Shown: positions 27,721 to 39,290 of the stretch, one piece after another | Position numbering within the stretch: the first letter of the stretch is position 1 | Layout of the letters: the number at the start of each line of letters is the position of its first letter | NCBI GenBank assembly: GCA_002633005.1 | Contig: NMRA01000060.1 | Coordinates: forward strand, 616,016-680,015 | DNA from: Phoronis australis | Taxonomy: Eukaryota; Animalia; Phoronida | Direction of reading: 5' to 3' | DNA length: 64,000 nucleotides | Position numbers and translations under genes: made by a program | The notes under the pieces: generated by a model | The model's input: the letters and a program-made list of their open reading frames with translations, nothing else | Told to the model about the DNA's origin: nothing | Database searches by the model: none

Positions 27721-29801
27721 AATATGTTATGAAGTTGACTGGAAACTTACTTCACGTGATTCTTTTTGTTCGATATATTTTAGAGATAAAAAAGATAAAT
27801 AAAGGCGAGGGTGATGACCTCTTGGAGAAGAATGTCCAATACTGGTGCACGAATTGTTGTGTATCTATGATATTAATAATAACCAAATATCTGTTCTCTG
27901 CCATTACGACGCTGAAACCAAAGCCGATGTATTTAACAGTTAAATAAGTTAAACACCATTGAAAGATTTTGGATTTAACGAGTGGGGTTTGGCTCCACCA
28001 CAAGAGTGTTGGACTGTGGGGTTGTGGGTGCGAATTTCGCGTTGGGGCTGCTCTCGGAAAACCACATTTCTCGTCGACAATGTCACCTTTAAACACACAG
28101 TAAATCAAAGGCCAAAACTGATAATGTTCAGCAAATCAAATTTTATCGGAAAATGTCCATAGAATAATCGCTTCAAGTTCTAAACAAGAGAAAGCAACCT
28201 TTACACATTAATTTCCTTACAAGTCTTGATAGCAACAGATTACGTAATAAATATATCGCTGAATGTTTATACCTCACTAACAGATAGAGCTTTCCTATTT
28301 AGGTTACAAATTTGTCAATGGCGGTCAACGTAAGCTTCCATTTTTCCTGCAGAAACTTTTTGGTCAAATGCGCTTGGCTTGTTCACCGACTTTTTGTCGA
28401 GCGCAATGTGTTTTAAAAACCATTTTCAACGTAACGAGCAATATCTGAATATTTGACCTTGTTTTTGTCTTCATATTTATAGATTAAAGGCAGAAGTTAT
28501 GAAGTGATTGCGTTTAAAATGACTGATGGAAAAAAGCAAGAATGGTTTAACGAGTACAGATCTCCACAATTATTTATTCGTAGACTTTTTTCAGCTAATC
28601 CGAATTGGGGCGACAGAGGTGAGCGTTATGGGAGAACATAGAAATATTTCACGAGTAAGAATTGTATAAGGGAGAAGGTTGGTTTGAGCACAAAGCAAAG
28701 ACATATGCCCACGAGTGGTGCGAATATGCGTCCGTGATTGGCAAATCGCGTGTATGAGACTGGAAATATTTTTTTTTGTGCGGGCAGGGTGCCTTGTTTC
28801 AGTCCGCGTACTGGTCTCAACTACCGAAGACAACTTCATGTCCAATGGTCTCAGCGCACATGGCAACTGTGCTACGATTGATTGATAGCCATACAGGTCT
28901 GAACAGTGAAGCTGATTTTTCCGACTGAAGTAAAGTCAATCACATTTAACCGAATGCTCTGTTGCGGTTTGACGTTCCGTAATGAACATGCAAGTTACAA
29001 ATCTTCGTCGCTTGACCCGGTCCACATGCACTTGTTACAGCGCATCATCATACCCGGGCACCAGCTGAATGACTGTAGGCTACTGCACGACACTGACACT
29101 GTCGTCGATCATCGAATAATCAGAAAATACTGACTTTGGTTATTAGGGAAATGTTCAACGTTAAATGAAAGTTTTGGATTGGGGCAGCAATTTTTCTTTT
29201 CCGTTTGGCTACTGCTCTAATAAACAGAGAATCCTACACGAGTCTTAAGTTTATGACATGGACAAATTAAACCTCTTGGAAATTTCGTCGAAATTCCGAG
29301 GCAACTTTTGTAAAAACACGCTTGCGCAATGTGAAGTAATTTAGTTACTTTTTGTTAATAGTTTTACTTTAAGCTTAACAATTATAAATTGCATTCAGCA
29401 TTCGTAGCAAATACTCACGTTAGAATCTAATAAATAGTCTTTGAAGTTGTAATATTCCAACGTAAAAAAATGTTTATAAATAACAGTCAGCAAGGCTTCC
29501 TTGTGCGTGAGTTCTGAATTGACCTTGAGGCAGCACAGCTAGACAGTCTCGCCGCGTTTCTGGAGTTGGGGAATTCGCCGCCGAAGATGAATCCGTTTAA
29601 AAAGTTGTTTGCATGTCCTTCGGACTGGGAATACGTACAGTTGGGACACCCGATTTTTCAGTCATAACCTTGTCACCTTCTTGGAATTCCGGCATTATTT
29701 GTTTGGCGCGCGTTTGGTTGTTTTAGGGATTTGCAGTCGATAAAATGTAAGACGTATGGATTTCTATTTTGCACTACTGTGTGATTCGCCCATGTGATAT
29801 C

Positions 29802-30055
29802 CATGCGCGCACCCGAGGGGTTAGGGGGGGCTCGAACGAGACCTCCCATTCGGAGAAAGGGGCAAAAAGATCCGCCTCAGACAAGCAAAAAGTACGGGAA
29901 AACGAGACAAAAGTCCACTAAAAAGGCGCAACACATAATTCACCATGGCTCTGAATGTGGTACCCCGTTTTTTTAGTTCTTCGGCTTTTTGGTACTGAAA
30001 GTTTCACATCGCCAGATATTCGAACCCCCCACATTAAAGGCTGGGTGCACGCATG
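29802..30055. mobile_element. MITE with 5-bp TSD
   Basis: TIRs CATGCGCGCACCC / GGGTGCACGCATG; ATATC duplicated at 29797-29801 and 30056-30060; subterminal GGGGGGCTCGAA / TTCGAACCCCCC. Confidence 0.85.
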
Positions 30056-30474
30056 ATATCAAAAAATTACGTACTCAGTGTTATTTACCAGTGGTGTCGT
30101 TGCACATTCCAGGTCATGTGAGAAAATTTTTTTTGACCGATGAAAACATCCAGGACTCACGGCTGCACTTTGTTGCGTATAATGTATGGATTTGTGGGCA
30201 CGCAAGTGTATTATTTTATGTACATGTACTTTCTTAGATAAAATAAGCAGCTAATTGCTGAAGTTCGTTCATAAAAGATTAATGATGATATGTCTGCCTT
30301 AATTCATACTTTGGGCTCATGTATCTTCCCTTGGGTGAACACAATTTCACATTTAATTGCTCGTGTTTCTCGCTAGTCCATGTGAAACATCGCCACAGAC
30401 GGCAAGTCCGATTAATCAGCGGGCCAAAATCACCAGTTTTAGGTTTGACCAGCAACCCCTCTCAAATCACGTAT

Positions 30475-31350
30475 AGTGACCCTCGCTTGAAACTTAGGGG
30501 GTTGCCAAGCTAAAATAAGCACCTTTCCCATGGTAATTAGGTATTTTGCCGATCAAAATTTGCTGTTTCAGGTTTTGATGCCAAGTTCGTGTTAGAAATA
30601 GATAACCTTTCCTAGAGTACATGCAGTGACTCTTTGTTGAAACTTAGTGGTGTTGTTAAGATGAATTGGGTGTCATCACCATGGTAACCTGTCAATTTTG
30701 CAATCAAGATCAACAATCTTAGGCTTAATGGTAGTCACGATAGAACCAGGCAACCATGCTCAAATCGTTTTAATGGCCTCCCCTAGATGTATACCGTTGT
30801 CATGGTAACCAGGTATTTTGAAATTATTACATTGCACGTGCCACACGCCAATGGTTTTTCAATATTTTAAACTAAGCGCAAAACGCTGTTACTTCTATCA
30901 AAGATGTACCATAACCAAGATGACACTTTTGATAATCCAAATATAGTTACCAAGGCAACTCATTACAGAAACATGATAATAGCTTTTTTAACAACCATAA
31001 CGTTGCCTGCAGCTAATGCACAAGATTTGCATAAATTAATAATCAAAACGAAAGATTTGTGGCTGGTACGACAAAAACAGTAGTACTGTTTTGAAAATTC
31101 AAAAACGGTTGTCATGTCAACTAATGCAAATGAACCTGCCAACTGCTTTTTTAACAATATAAAGGCTGCATAATTCGCATACAACTGAAGAAAGAACATT
31201 GTTGGCGTCATGAAAGGTGTGCCATAATGAGCTATACTTGTAGCATAATTTAAAGAATTCGCTATTAAAAGAGTTGCCAAAATGAATATTTATCACAAGC
31301 TTTCGAGGCATGCCCAGTGCCAATACTATAGAATGTTCAAAATGTTGTTG
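30475..31350. repeat. Dispersed repeat, copy 2 (see 19780-20500)
   Basis: Collinear similarity to 19780-20500; several CCATGGTAAC / GTTACCAAGGCAAC motifs. Confidence 0.75.
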
Positions 31351-32149
31351 GGATATAATCACGAGGTTTTCTAATCGGTTTTAGGCGCGAAGTCGATATT
31401 TTTACTACTACAAAAAGTTTGTTTGTTCGTGTGTGTTACAATGACTTATGAGGTCTACTGCCCGGATGCATAAAGATGTGCTTTGGATAGCAACAGTGAC
31501 GTCACTTTAACACGCGTATCGTGGCTATTGTTAAATAATGTGCTTGACGTCATGCAACAGACGGTCTATTCCAGTGAAAAAGTTTCGATGTTTTATGCAG
31601 TCTAGTCCTGGTGTACATTTGCTTTCGTTTAATTGCATAATACAGATCAACTTAGTAATATCGGCCAAGTAGATGATATCCATCAAATACATGTACCATG
31701 TCCAGTTTCCCGTGTTTAAACAGAAGGACTCTCGTTAGCCGCCACACACCACCAGTCTATCCATTCATAGCACCCCGTAAAATTTTATACTCTCGAATCA
31801 TCCCTCGGAGCTAGCTTCTGGAAGACATCGGCTATTTTCGTAACCCTCGGATTATTTGGAGCACCTTGGGTAATTTCGTAGCTTTAAATTATTCCTCTCG
31901 AAACCGCTACTGAACCCTCGGAGTTGCTTCTTGTCTGCGCATGTGCGTCTCTTCACCAAACGCTTTTGTTATTAGGCCTATGATTGTGAAGTCTGCACAT
32001 GTGCAGATATGAAACACCTCGCTGATGCATCAGGATCACTGCCGGTATTTTCGTATCTTCGGGGGTGTTTCAGACATGCTCTTTTCATCATGGCAAAAGT
32101 GCATACGAGTGACCCAGGTTTACTGTGGCCTTTGTCACCAGTGATTATG

Positions 32150-32615
32150 AAATGTCTATTTTGTGAATACTGACCACCCATTGGTTCAGTTGGTTGTTAC
32201 TCACATATGTCTGCAGCATTTTTCGTACAACTGGGTCGAGTTCAAACGGCCCCAAAGCCGCCGAGAGTTCACTAAGTAGGGAATCGAATTCATTGTTGGA
32301 TTTTTCAAGTTCTTGAGAGTGTTGCCAGTATCCCATCTCCACTCTGTCTGCATAATAATTGTCCAGTTCTCCCTCAAAATTGTCCTCGTCTTCTGATCTA
32401 CTGTGTTCCGCCATTGCAGTTGATTGTCAAGTGACCAAACGTCTTCCACCTATTACATCATTTGGAAACTTTGAAACGACTAATTTTTCCTAAAAATTAA
32501 AAACTTCGCGACTATTTCGCATAAAAAGTGCTTATTTAGTTAGGTTCTATGGTATTCATTTCATATTATCTAACTGAAACCTCAAAAATTAAGAAAATGC
32601 ATGATGGACTCTTAA
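32150..32615. repeat. Copy of the 10300-10760 segment
   Basis: Shared CTATTTTGTGARTAYTGACCACCCATTG, TTGTCCAGTTCTC..TCCGCCATTGCA and GCTTATTTAGTTAG..CCTCAAAAA..AAGAAAATGCAT. Confidence 0.8.
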
Positions 32616-33466
32616 AGTGATTTGGCAGATTGTTCCTTTGAAGAAGTCGATAGACGATTTTCGGACCCTCTAGTGGCAATTTCAGTTTTTTACGTTGTTC
32701 CGTGTTTTGTTTTCATGATTTCTATTCAAAAAAGGCGAGGACGCTTTCCAATTTTGGTACGGGCGTCTTCCCAGCTTTGGACAGTCTCAACGTATTGGGC
32801 GCCACCTAAGCGTCACTTTTATGATGCTGAAAACGTCAATGTGATGATTGTCAGTGACAGATTTAGGCAGTGGGAGATTGGGGCTACTGTTTTTTCTGTG
32901 TACACGTTTAAAACGTATGCGTAGTGAAGTGTGAAATTGCAGGTTCCGGTTTTGGAATTAGTCAGTTCTGTTTGAAGGTGAACCAGTTTCCCTATGAAAT
33001 GTATTGAAGATATTCCAATGAATCACTCGATGACGTCACCATGAGTCTAACCATCGCACCTTCCGCCATAAAAAGTTGCATGCTTTGCGGCGATGACAGT
33101 TATTGAAACCACAGATGGTAACCGTATAAATGTTGAAAAATTATTGTATCATAAAGTTAACGCTGAATTTTCTGTGGTAAGTAATATTTCAAGAGCGTGT
33201 ATTGACACGTGTTTATGCCAAGGGAAGGTGGAGTCTACAAATAGGCCAAGGATATGAAGTGTTTCGGTGTATGCTCATTTGATATGTGGAATGTTTTGTA
33301 ACCTGATGGTGATGAAAAAATACGCACTTGGTTTTGGAGGAGGGACAACTGATTGTTAACGAATTCGGTTATATTTTTATTGTGTGTTATCATGGCATTT
33401 GATGAATGAGACCGGGTAATTAAAACATGTACCGTCAGCGTATATCTAGTGAGGTGCAGTGGTATA

Positions 33467-33985
33467 TGTAATGTTGTTAACATACATGTATAACAGGAAG
33501 ATAGGGGTACCCAGAATACATGAGCAAAATAAGTTGAGATATTAAGTGACGAGGAATGGATAATATCTATAATAGCAAATTGTTTTCCGCCCCATAGGTG
33601 GAGCTAGTAGGCCAGTTTAGTTTATTTTCTGTGATGCGCCGTACATGTAGTAGCTCAAACTTTATAGTGGTATATTGCGACCATCTGTGTCAAAAGCTTT
33701 CGATAGGTCAGTAAAATAGTAAGGGGGATTTTTACTTGAGATAAGTAAATCGATATTTTACCTGTAAACTCTAATGTAGGCTCAAGTCGTGGCTGCAGTA
33801 GTCTTCTGGCCAAACCATTGTTACGATTGAAGTTCGCACACGAGTAGATATGAAAAACCTGCGAGGGGTAGGTTAAGGCTACCACAATACCCGAGGTAGT
33901 CCGGATGGCTCCCACTATCAGATCTAGGGGCCCGAGTAGTTTCAGCAAGATTAGCCTGGTCTAAGAAACCTTGTACCTAATTACA
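33467..33985. mobile_element. Possible solo LTR
   Basis: Termini TGTAAT...ATTACA; flanks GTATA / GAATA (4 of 5 match); right end abuts the start of another repeat. Weak support. Confidence 0.35.
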
Positions 33986-34356
33986 GAATAGGGTCGTCCC
34001 AGTTTAAACAGCGATAAGCGCGTTGTTTTCATTGGCCTCGTTTTGGAATGTCAAGCATGTCACGTTGGATACCATCGAGGGGTTGTAACCACTCGCTCAG
34101 GATTTCCTTGTCTTTCATTGGTGTCAGGCAAGAGAATATTAATTCATACGGGACAAAAGACTGCTGGACAGTAAACAAAGGAGCCAGATGTTATTGCGCG
34201 TTCAAAACCCCTCACGTCTGGAAAAGTTGCTCGAAGGACAGACCGCCGTCATGACGCGTATCCAACTTTCTCCCGTCTGAATTGCAACAGTAATAGGCTT
34301 TGTTTGCATTCGAATGACTAATAAAGTAATGCAACCGAGAAAACTTGTAAATAATA

Positions 34357-35358
34357 TGTGCTTTAGCACGTGTGGAACTCCAACGGCGCGAAACTGACAC
34401 TTAATGTTGATAAAACCAAGGTTGTGTCTATTCGTAGCAGGCAGAGGCTAGCTGTGTTGTCTCCAAGCAACATTGCAATTACTGTCAACGGCACCCAGCT
34501 GGCAAGAACTGAGAAATATAAATATCAGTGTGTTATGATTGATATCAATTTATCGTAGGACGAACATGTTGAGTATGTGTACAAAACGTTTCTCAGCGGG
34601 GACTTTTGTACAGGGTCAGGAGCTATGGCGATGAGACTACTCTTCAGACTCTGTACAAGAGTCTAATTGTACCACACTTCGATTACTATGATGTTGTGTG
34701 GGGTAACTGCACCATGCCTTCGGGATAGAATTAAAAAAAATACAAAACAAGGGTGGGAGGCTAATACTCAACTATAGTGACCTTGATAATGACTTTCCTA
34801 TTTCTGATATCCTCGATACACTTGGTTGGTGCAGCCTGGTTAGCAGGCGTGCCTTTCATTAAACTTTATGATGTACAAAGCCACACACAGCCTCACACCT
34901 AAGTACCTCACTACTAAATTCAAAGGAGTCAGAGATTCTCACAATTACAATACTAGCGCGAGTGTTTCTGGCTGCCTGGTACCAGATAAACCTAAAAACA
35001 ACTGCGGCAAAAGAACTTTTGCCTACAGAGGTGCTGTCGCTTACAACGAGCTGGGTACTGCCGTCACGAACGCGCCCAATGTCCACGTCTTCAAACAGAA
35101 ATACTGAAACTTTGTGAGTGGTTCAGGACTGTAGGCCTCAACTCATCATTATTTTACTCTATTTTATTTTATCTTATTTATTCATGTAATTGTACATATT
35201 AACTAATGTTTATACAGATTTATTTTATTTGTTAATCTTTTCAATCTAATTGTACATAGCTCTCTGTATTTTATTTCATATAATTATTTCCGACTGAGTC
35301 CATTGAAAATTAGTGTATTCACTGAACTGGTTACCCAAATTTTTAAAGAAGTTAATAA
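34357..35358 (+). mobile_element. 5'-truncated LINE (L2/Crack/CR1 group), RT C-terminus and 3'UTR
   Basis: LTLNVDKTKVV..KYKY..IDINLS, TLYKSLIVPHFDYYDVVWGNC, MMYKATHSLTPKYL..HNYNT..GKRTFAYRGAVAYNEL; AT-rich tail; candidate low-complexity TSD GTAAATAATA at 34347-34356 and 35359-35368. Confidence 0.9.
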
Positions 35359-35918
35359 GTAAATAATAAGACCAGCGACTGCAGTATAATCAAATATTGT
35401 ACGTATATCAACCACGCAGCCACACGTCACAAACTCTAATAAAAAACTGAATCAAACCACGAGGTCTCCATAGAACCCGCATGGGAATTTGTCTATCAAT
35501 GACTAGCTAACAAATAGCAAAAAGTAGATGTCACAATGGACATCAAAATACGAATAGTGACTGGCGCTAACGGCCGAAAGCTCGACCCGCTTCATACATC
35601 TGTAAGCAAGGGGTAAACAAGGTTTGAAACGCCATGATTTGCCAAGCGAGGGGTAAAACCAATAAACCCCGCATCTCATTTGCTCGTCTCCCACCGGTGG
35701 ATTTCCTTTCCAGAAAAAGTGAGCAATTAAAAATACCACACAACCAACTCGATTTCAAAAAAATGCACACCAAAACCAACTATGCTTTTTGACTTATCTC
35801 ACTTGGCTGACTCCAGGCTGGGCACATAAATTGCACAATGCACATTATTGTTCGAATATTTTTACGTATAAATCCTGTGAATGCAACTACATTATTGATA
35901 TGTTTGTACGCTTTACAG

Positions 35919-36053
35919 TTGCGAGCAACCTAAGGTGCTACGAATGCAATCAAATGATCCACCCTGGTTGTATGTCACCGACTGAGAAGCTCTCTAAACT
36001 GTGTGCTCGGAACCAGACGACGTGCTTAAAACACATACAGCCCGAGGATGAAC
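35919..36053 (+). CDS. Ly6/uPAR three-finger protein, coding exon 2 (LU domain Cys1-5)
   Basis: Acceptor CTTTACAG (to 35918), donor AAC|GTGAGT (36054), phase 1-1, 135 nt. Encodes ASNLRCYECNQMIHPGCMSPTEKLSKLCARNQTTCLKHIQPEDE, with the LxCYxC start of LU domains. Confidence 0.9.
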
Positions 36054-36562
36054 GTGAGTGGATCAGCAAGACCGGGTATCTGTTTCATGAAAATGAATTA
36101 AGACTTAAGACTGAAATTTGGTCTTACGCTCTACGCAACCATTTCTGAAAAATACATATCTTGAGGATATACACATAAGCGTTAGTTACTGAATAACTAC
36201 TATTCATTAATTCTGGACTGTCATACACTGAACATCACGTGACTAAACAACAATTGTGAAGTGGGAGGGCCAAAGATCAAATATCAGTCTTACGTGTTTA
36301 GTCACCTTCATATAACAGGCCCAATGGGTCAAATTTTTTTCACGTGAGTCATAAGAATTTAAACTGAGAACAAGTGAAAGAACAGACACCCCTGAATAAA
36401 ACTGGCACTGGCGGAGTGTTTTCTATCGCACCAATAAGAATGTTTTCCTAACGACGCGTCACTGGTATGATAATCAGTCATCTGATTGGCTACATCCAGT
36501 TGTACAACTATTATTAAAATCTCTTGGTCTATTTACACCGACCTCTTGTCTATTTGCACTGT

Positions 36563-36604
36563 CACGACGTTTCGGTCGGTCTATTCTCCGGCCATCGTCA
36601 GGTG
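36563..36604 (-). ncRNA. Minimal type I hammerhead ribozyme
   Basis: Minus strand reads CAC-CUGACGA-U-GGCCGG-AGAAUAGA-CCGACC-GAAAC-GUC-GUG: intact core, stem II 5 of 6 pairs, stem I CAC:GUG, palindromic ACGU stem III. Predicted cleavage between 36566 and 36565. Confidence 0.8.
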
Positions 36605-36628
36605 TTCCCGCGTTCTTAGAAGAACGAG

Positions 36629-36940
36629 CATGTCATCCATGAATTTCCATGTGAATGTGGTGAATCATATATCGGTGAAACATTAAGACCACTGGAGACG
36701 AGAACTGCTGAACATAAGAGGTGTTGTAGAGAGGGTAATACCTCATCAGGAGCAGCAGAACACATGTGATCGAAACAACACAATATCTAGTGGAATAACA
36801 TCCGAATACTTGACAGTGAAACAGGTTCGACCAAGAGAGATATCAAGGAAGCCATGTACATGAAAGTACAAGGCAATGTCTTCAGTCAGCCAAGCAAACA
36901 ACCAAGTGACACCTGGCTCAGTCTACTTAGGAAGGTTTAA
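36629..36940 (+). pseudogene. GIY-YIG endonuclease remnant of a Penelope-like element
   Basis: Single frame: HVIHEFPCECGESYIGETLRPLETRTAEHKRCCREGNTSSGAAEHM*SKQHNI*WNNIRILDSETGSTKRDIKEAMYMK..W; two in-frame stops. Confidence 0.9.
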
Positions 36941-36971
36941 GTATAATAAAATTCCCTCTAAGTAAATGGAT

Positions 36972-37035
36972 GACTCCGTGGTGTAGTGGTTAAGGTGCTG
37001 GACTCGAATTATCTGGGTTCAAATCCAGCCTCGGA
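36972..37035 (+). ncRNA. tRNA-derived Pol III promoter cassette (SINE-head-like, not a functional tRNA)
   Basis: A-box TGGTGTAGTGG (36979-36989), B-box GGTTCAAATCC (37016-37026), partial TCCG/CGGA acceptor pairing, followed by A7; anticodon arm degenerate. Confidence 0.7.
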
Positions 37036-38699
37036 AAAAAATCACACTATGAGTGTACCACAAATCCTTGCTCGTTCTTCTAATAACGCGAGAACACCTG
37101 ACGTTGTGACACTGTAAATAGACGCGAGGTCGATGTAAATAGACCAAGAGATTACTAATAATAGTTGTAACACGCCATCACCTGAGAGGGATTTGAGAAA
37201 GTCACTACATTAAGCTGATAATCAAGTTAACTAGCTTCGAAGGATACCAGTTTAGACCATATATATCACCATAAAATCAGTACCAAAATAATAACAAAAA
37301 TGTTGATGACTGAGTCCATTTTCAAAGTAAACAGAGTTAAACGCTTCAAGAAAAGTAAAATTTCTCGGTGGGATATAACTCGCTGCTGCAGTTTTTTCAA
37401 ATGCCTTCTAGGAAAGCTGTCGGATCGTAAGATTTGCTGATAATTCGAGGCTCGTTTTTCACTGTGATATATATTTATTGAAGGATACACAGAACATACA
37501 AAGAAATAATAACAAACCCAGAAACCGCGAAGCGTTATATCTGGGTTGTAAACAATTCATAAATGAAACTTATATACATAGAGATATATACAATTAAGTA
37601 GTATCTAAAATAAGTATTCCAATACTTAGACATGCTATTACAGATATATAAAAACAAAAATATTTACAGATTCATTTGAGGCTCGTTCTAAGGACGTGTA
37701 ACCTGATTGACAATTTGTGTTTTAGGTAGTGAGATTTTTTCCGCGTTATCAGATGGCACTTGTCTCAACAAACTTTCTCGAAAATATTTGCTAATATTTC
37801 GATGCATTTTGAGGCTCACTTTCTGTCTTTTATTTTTGTATGCTACTTGCTTAGTCACACTCGCACATAAAAGCATGTTGCATCTGAACTAAATCTAACG
37901 GGACATCACAAAATAAATGTTAAACGCAAATTCAAGCAGATGCACAGATTTTTTTTACCAAGAGACATTAACTAAATTATACAATACAGTGCCTGTGGAG
38001 AAGTACATTAGGCTGCCCTAGAGAGTTGACCAACTCTAACTAAATTAGAAACGCACAATCAAATGGTTAAGAACATAGGAAAGCTAGCTGTCGTGGTGTT
38101 GTATTGTGTAACTGATTTATGAATCAGTAGTGATTAAAAAATTTCAAGAAAGGAACATCACCCGATGTTAGTAAAAAGGGTTACTGTTAAACAGATTTGA
38201 TTTTTATGTAACATAAGTAAATGTAAACTTCTTGTTTTTTGCAATTATTGTGAAAAGTTTGTTTTTCATTAGGCCTACTTCATTGTGCAATTCTGTAAAT
38301 GCATTTTTATGAGACAAATGTGCGAGTATTCGAGACAACTTCAACCACAATCCATGACAAATGAACATCGGCCAACGCCAGGTCTTTCAATTGTTGACCT
38401 TTTTGGCAATTTAATATACCAAGATTTCTTTAGCGCTTGATAAATTTGCAAAGATGCACACCACACTTATTTCGATAATCTCTGGTGACGAGAATGTACC
38501 TCAGAATTCTATTTACCATCAAATAAAAGCTATTCCTAAATACCCGGAAATTGTTGTCGAAAAAAACCCCTAGTTTAGAAAAACGTGGTCACAACTTATC
38601 TAAAGAAAGCCCTGTTGTGGAGCCCAGTAACTGCAAGGCATGGTTCGGCCGTGTGGTGTGCCGGGCCCAACCGTGTCGTGACCTGTGATGCTTTGCTGC

Positions 38700-39290
38700 A
38701 GATTAGCTGATGAAATCATGGAGATTTTGAGACATCCAGTTGACAAATCACAGATGAAATTTGAATCTAATCTCTCACGAAATTCAGCTTGGCTATTGAT
38801 GTTATTATTATTCTGGCTAATAGGTGGCGCTTTAGCCAGACGGCGCGGCATTGAGGTCAGGACATTGTCCCACACGTTTGACAGATTGAACCTTAAACCA
38901 ACTCGTTTATTCAAAGAGGGACTCTCGATTCGTTCACGTAGAGCTTTCTTATCGCCCCTTCTGAACCAAATTTCCACATAGTCTCGGATACTGATGATGT
39001 CACTATTCTAGACCATAAGGAAGATTGGTTCAGAAGGGACATTAAGGAAGCTCTACACGAACGCATCGAGAGTCCCTCTTTCAATAAACGAGGTGGTTTA
39101 AGGTTCGATCTGCAACACGTGTGGGATAGTGTCCTGACCTCAACGCCGCGCTGTCTGGCTAAAACGCCACCTATTAGCCAGAATAATAATAACACCAATA
39201 GCCAAGCTGAATTCCGTGAGAGACGGACGCAACTTCGCTAACTTTACTAAGTTTTATTTCCAGTATTAGATTCAAATTTCATCTGAGATT
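38700..39290. mobile_element. Second Penelope-like fragment: inverted duplication of the endonuclease C-terminus
   Basis: Plus arm reads VTILDHKEDWFRRDIKEALHERIESPSFNKRGGLRFDLQHVWDSVL; minus arm (~38750-38970) reads WFRRGDKKALRERIESPSLNKRVGLRFNLSNVWDNVL. The arms are reverse complements. Confidence 0.88.

Larger units (their letters stand above)
36503..37169 (+). mobile_element. Penelope-like element 3' fragment with inverted pseudo-LTRs
   Basis: 36503-36630 is the reverse complement of 37069-37169 apart from a 28-nt deletion; the arms enclose a GIY-YIG remnant and a tRNA-like cassette. Confidence 0.9.

Noticed and set aside
36629-36940. Selenocysteine recoding of the in-frame TGA, as in Naiad PLEs
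   Set aside because: The TGA falls where Trp is typical (AEHxW) and a TAG follows seven codons later; ordinary decay.
36972-37035. Functional tRNA gene
   Set aside because: Too short, no proper anticodon arm, incomplete acceptor stem.
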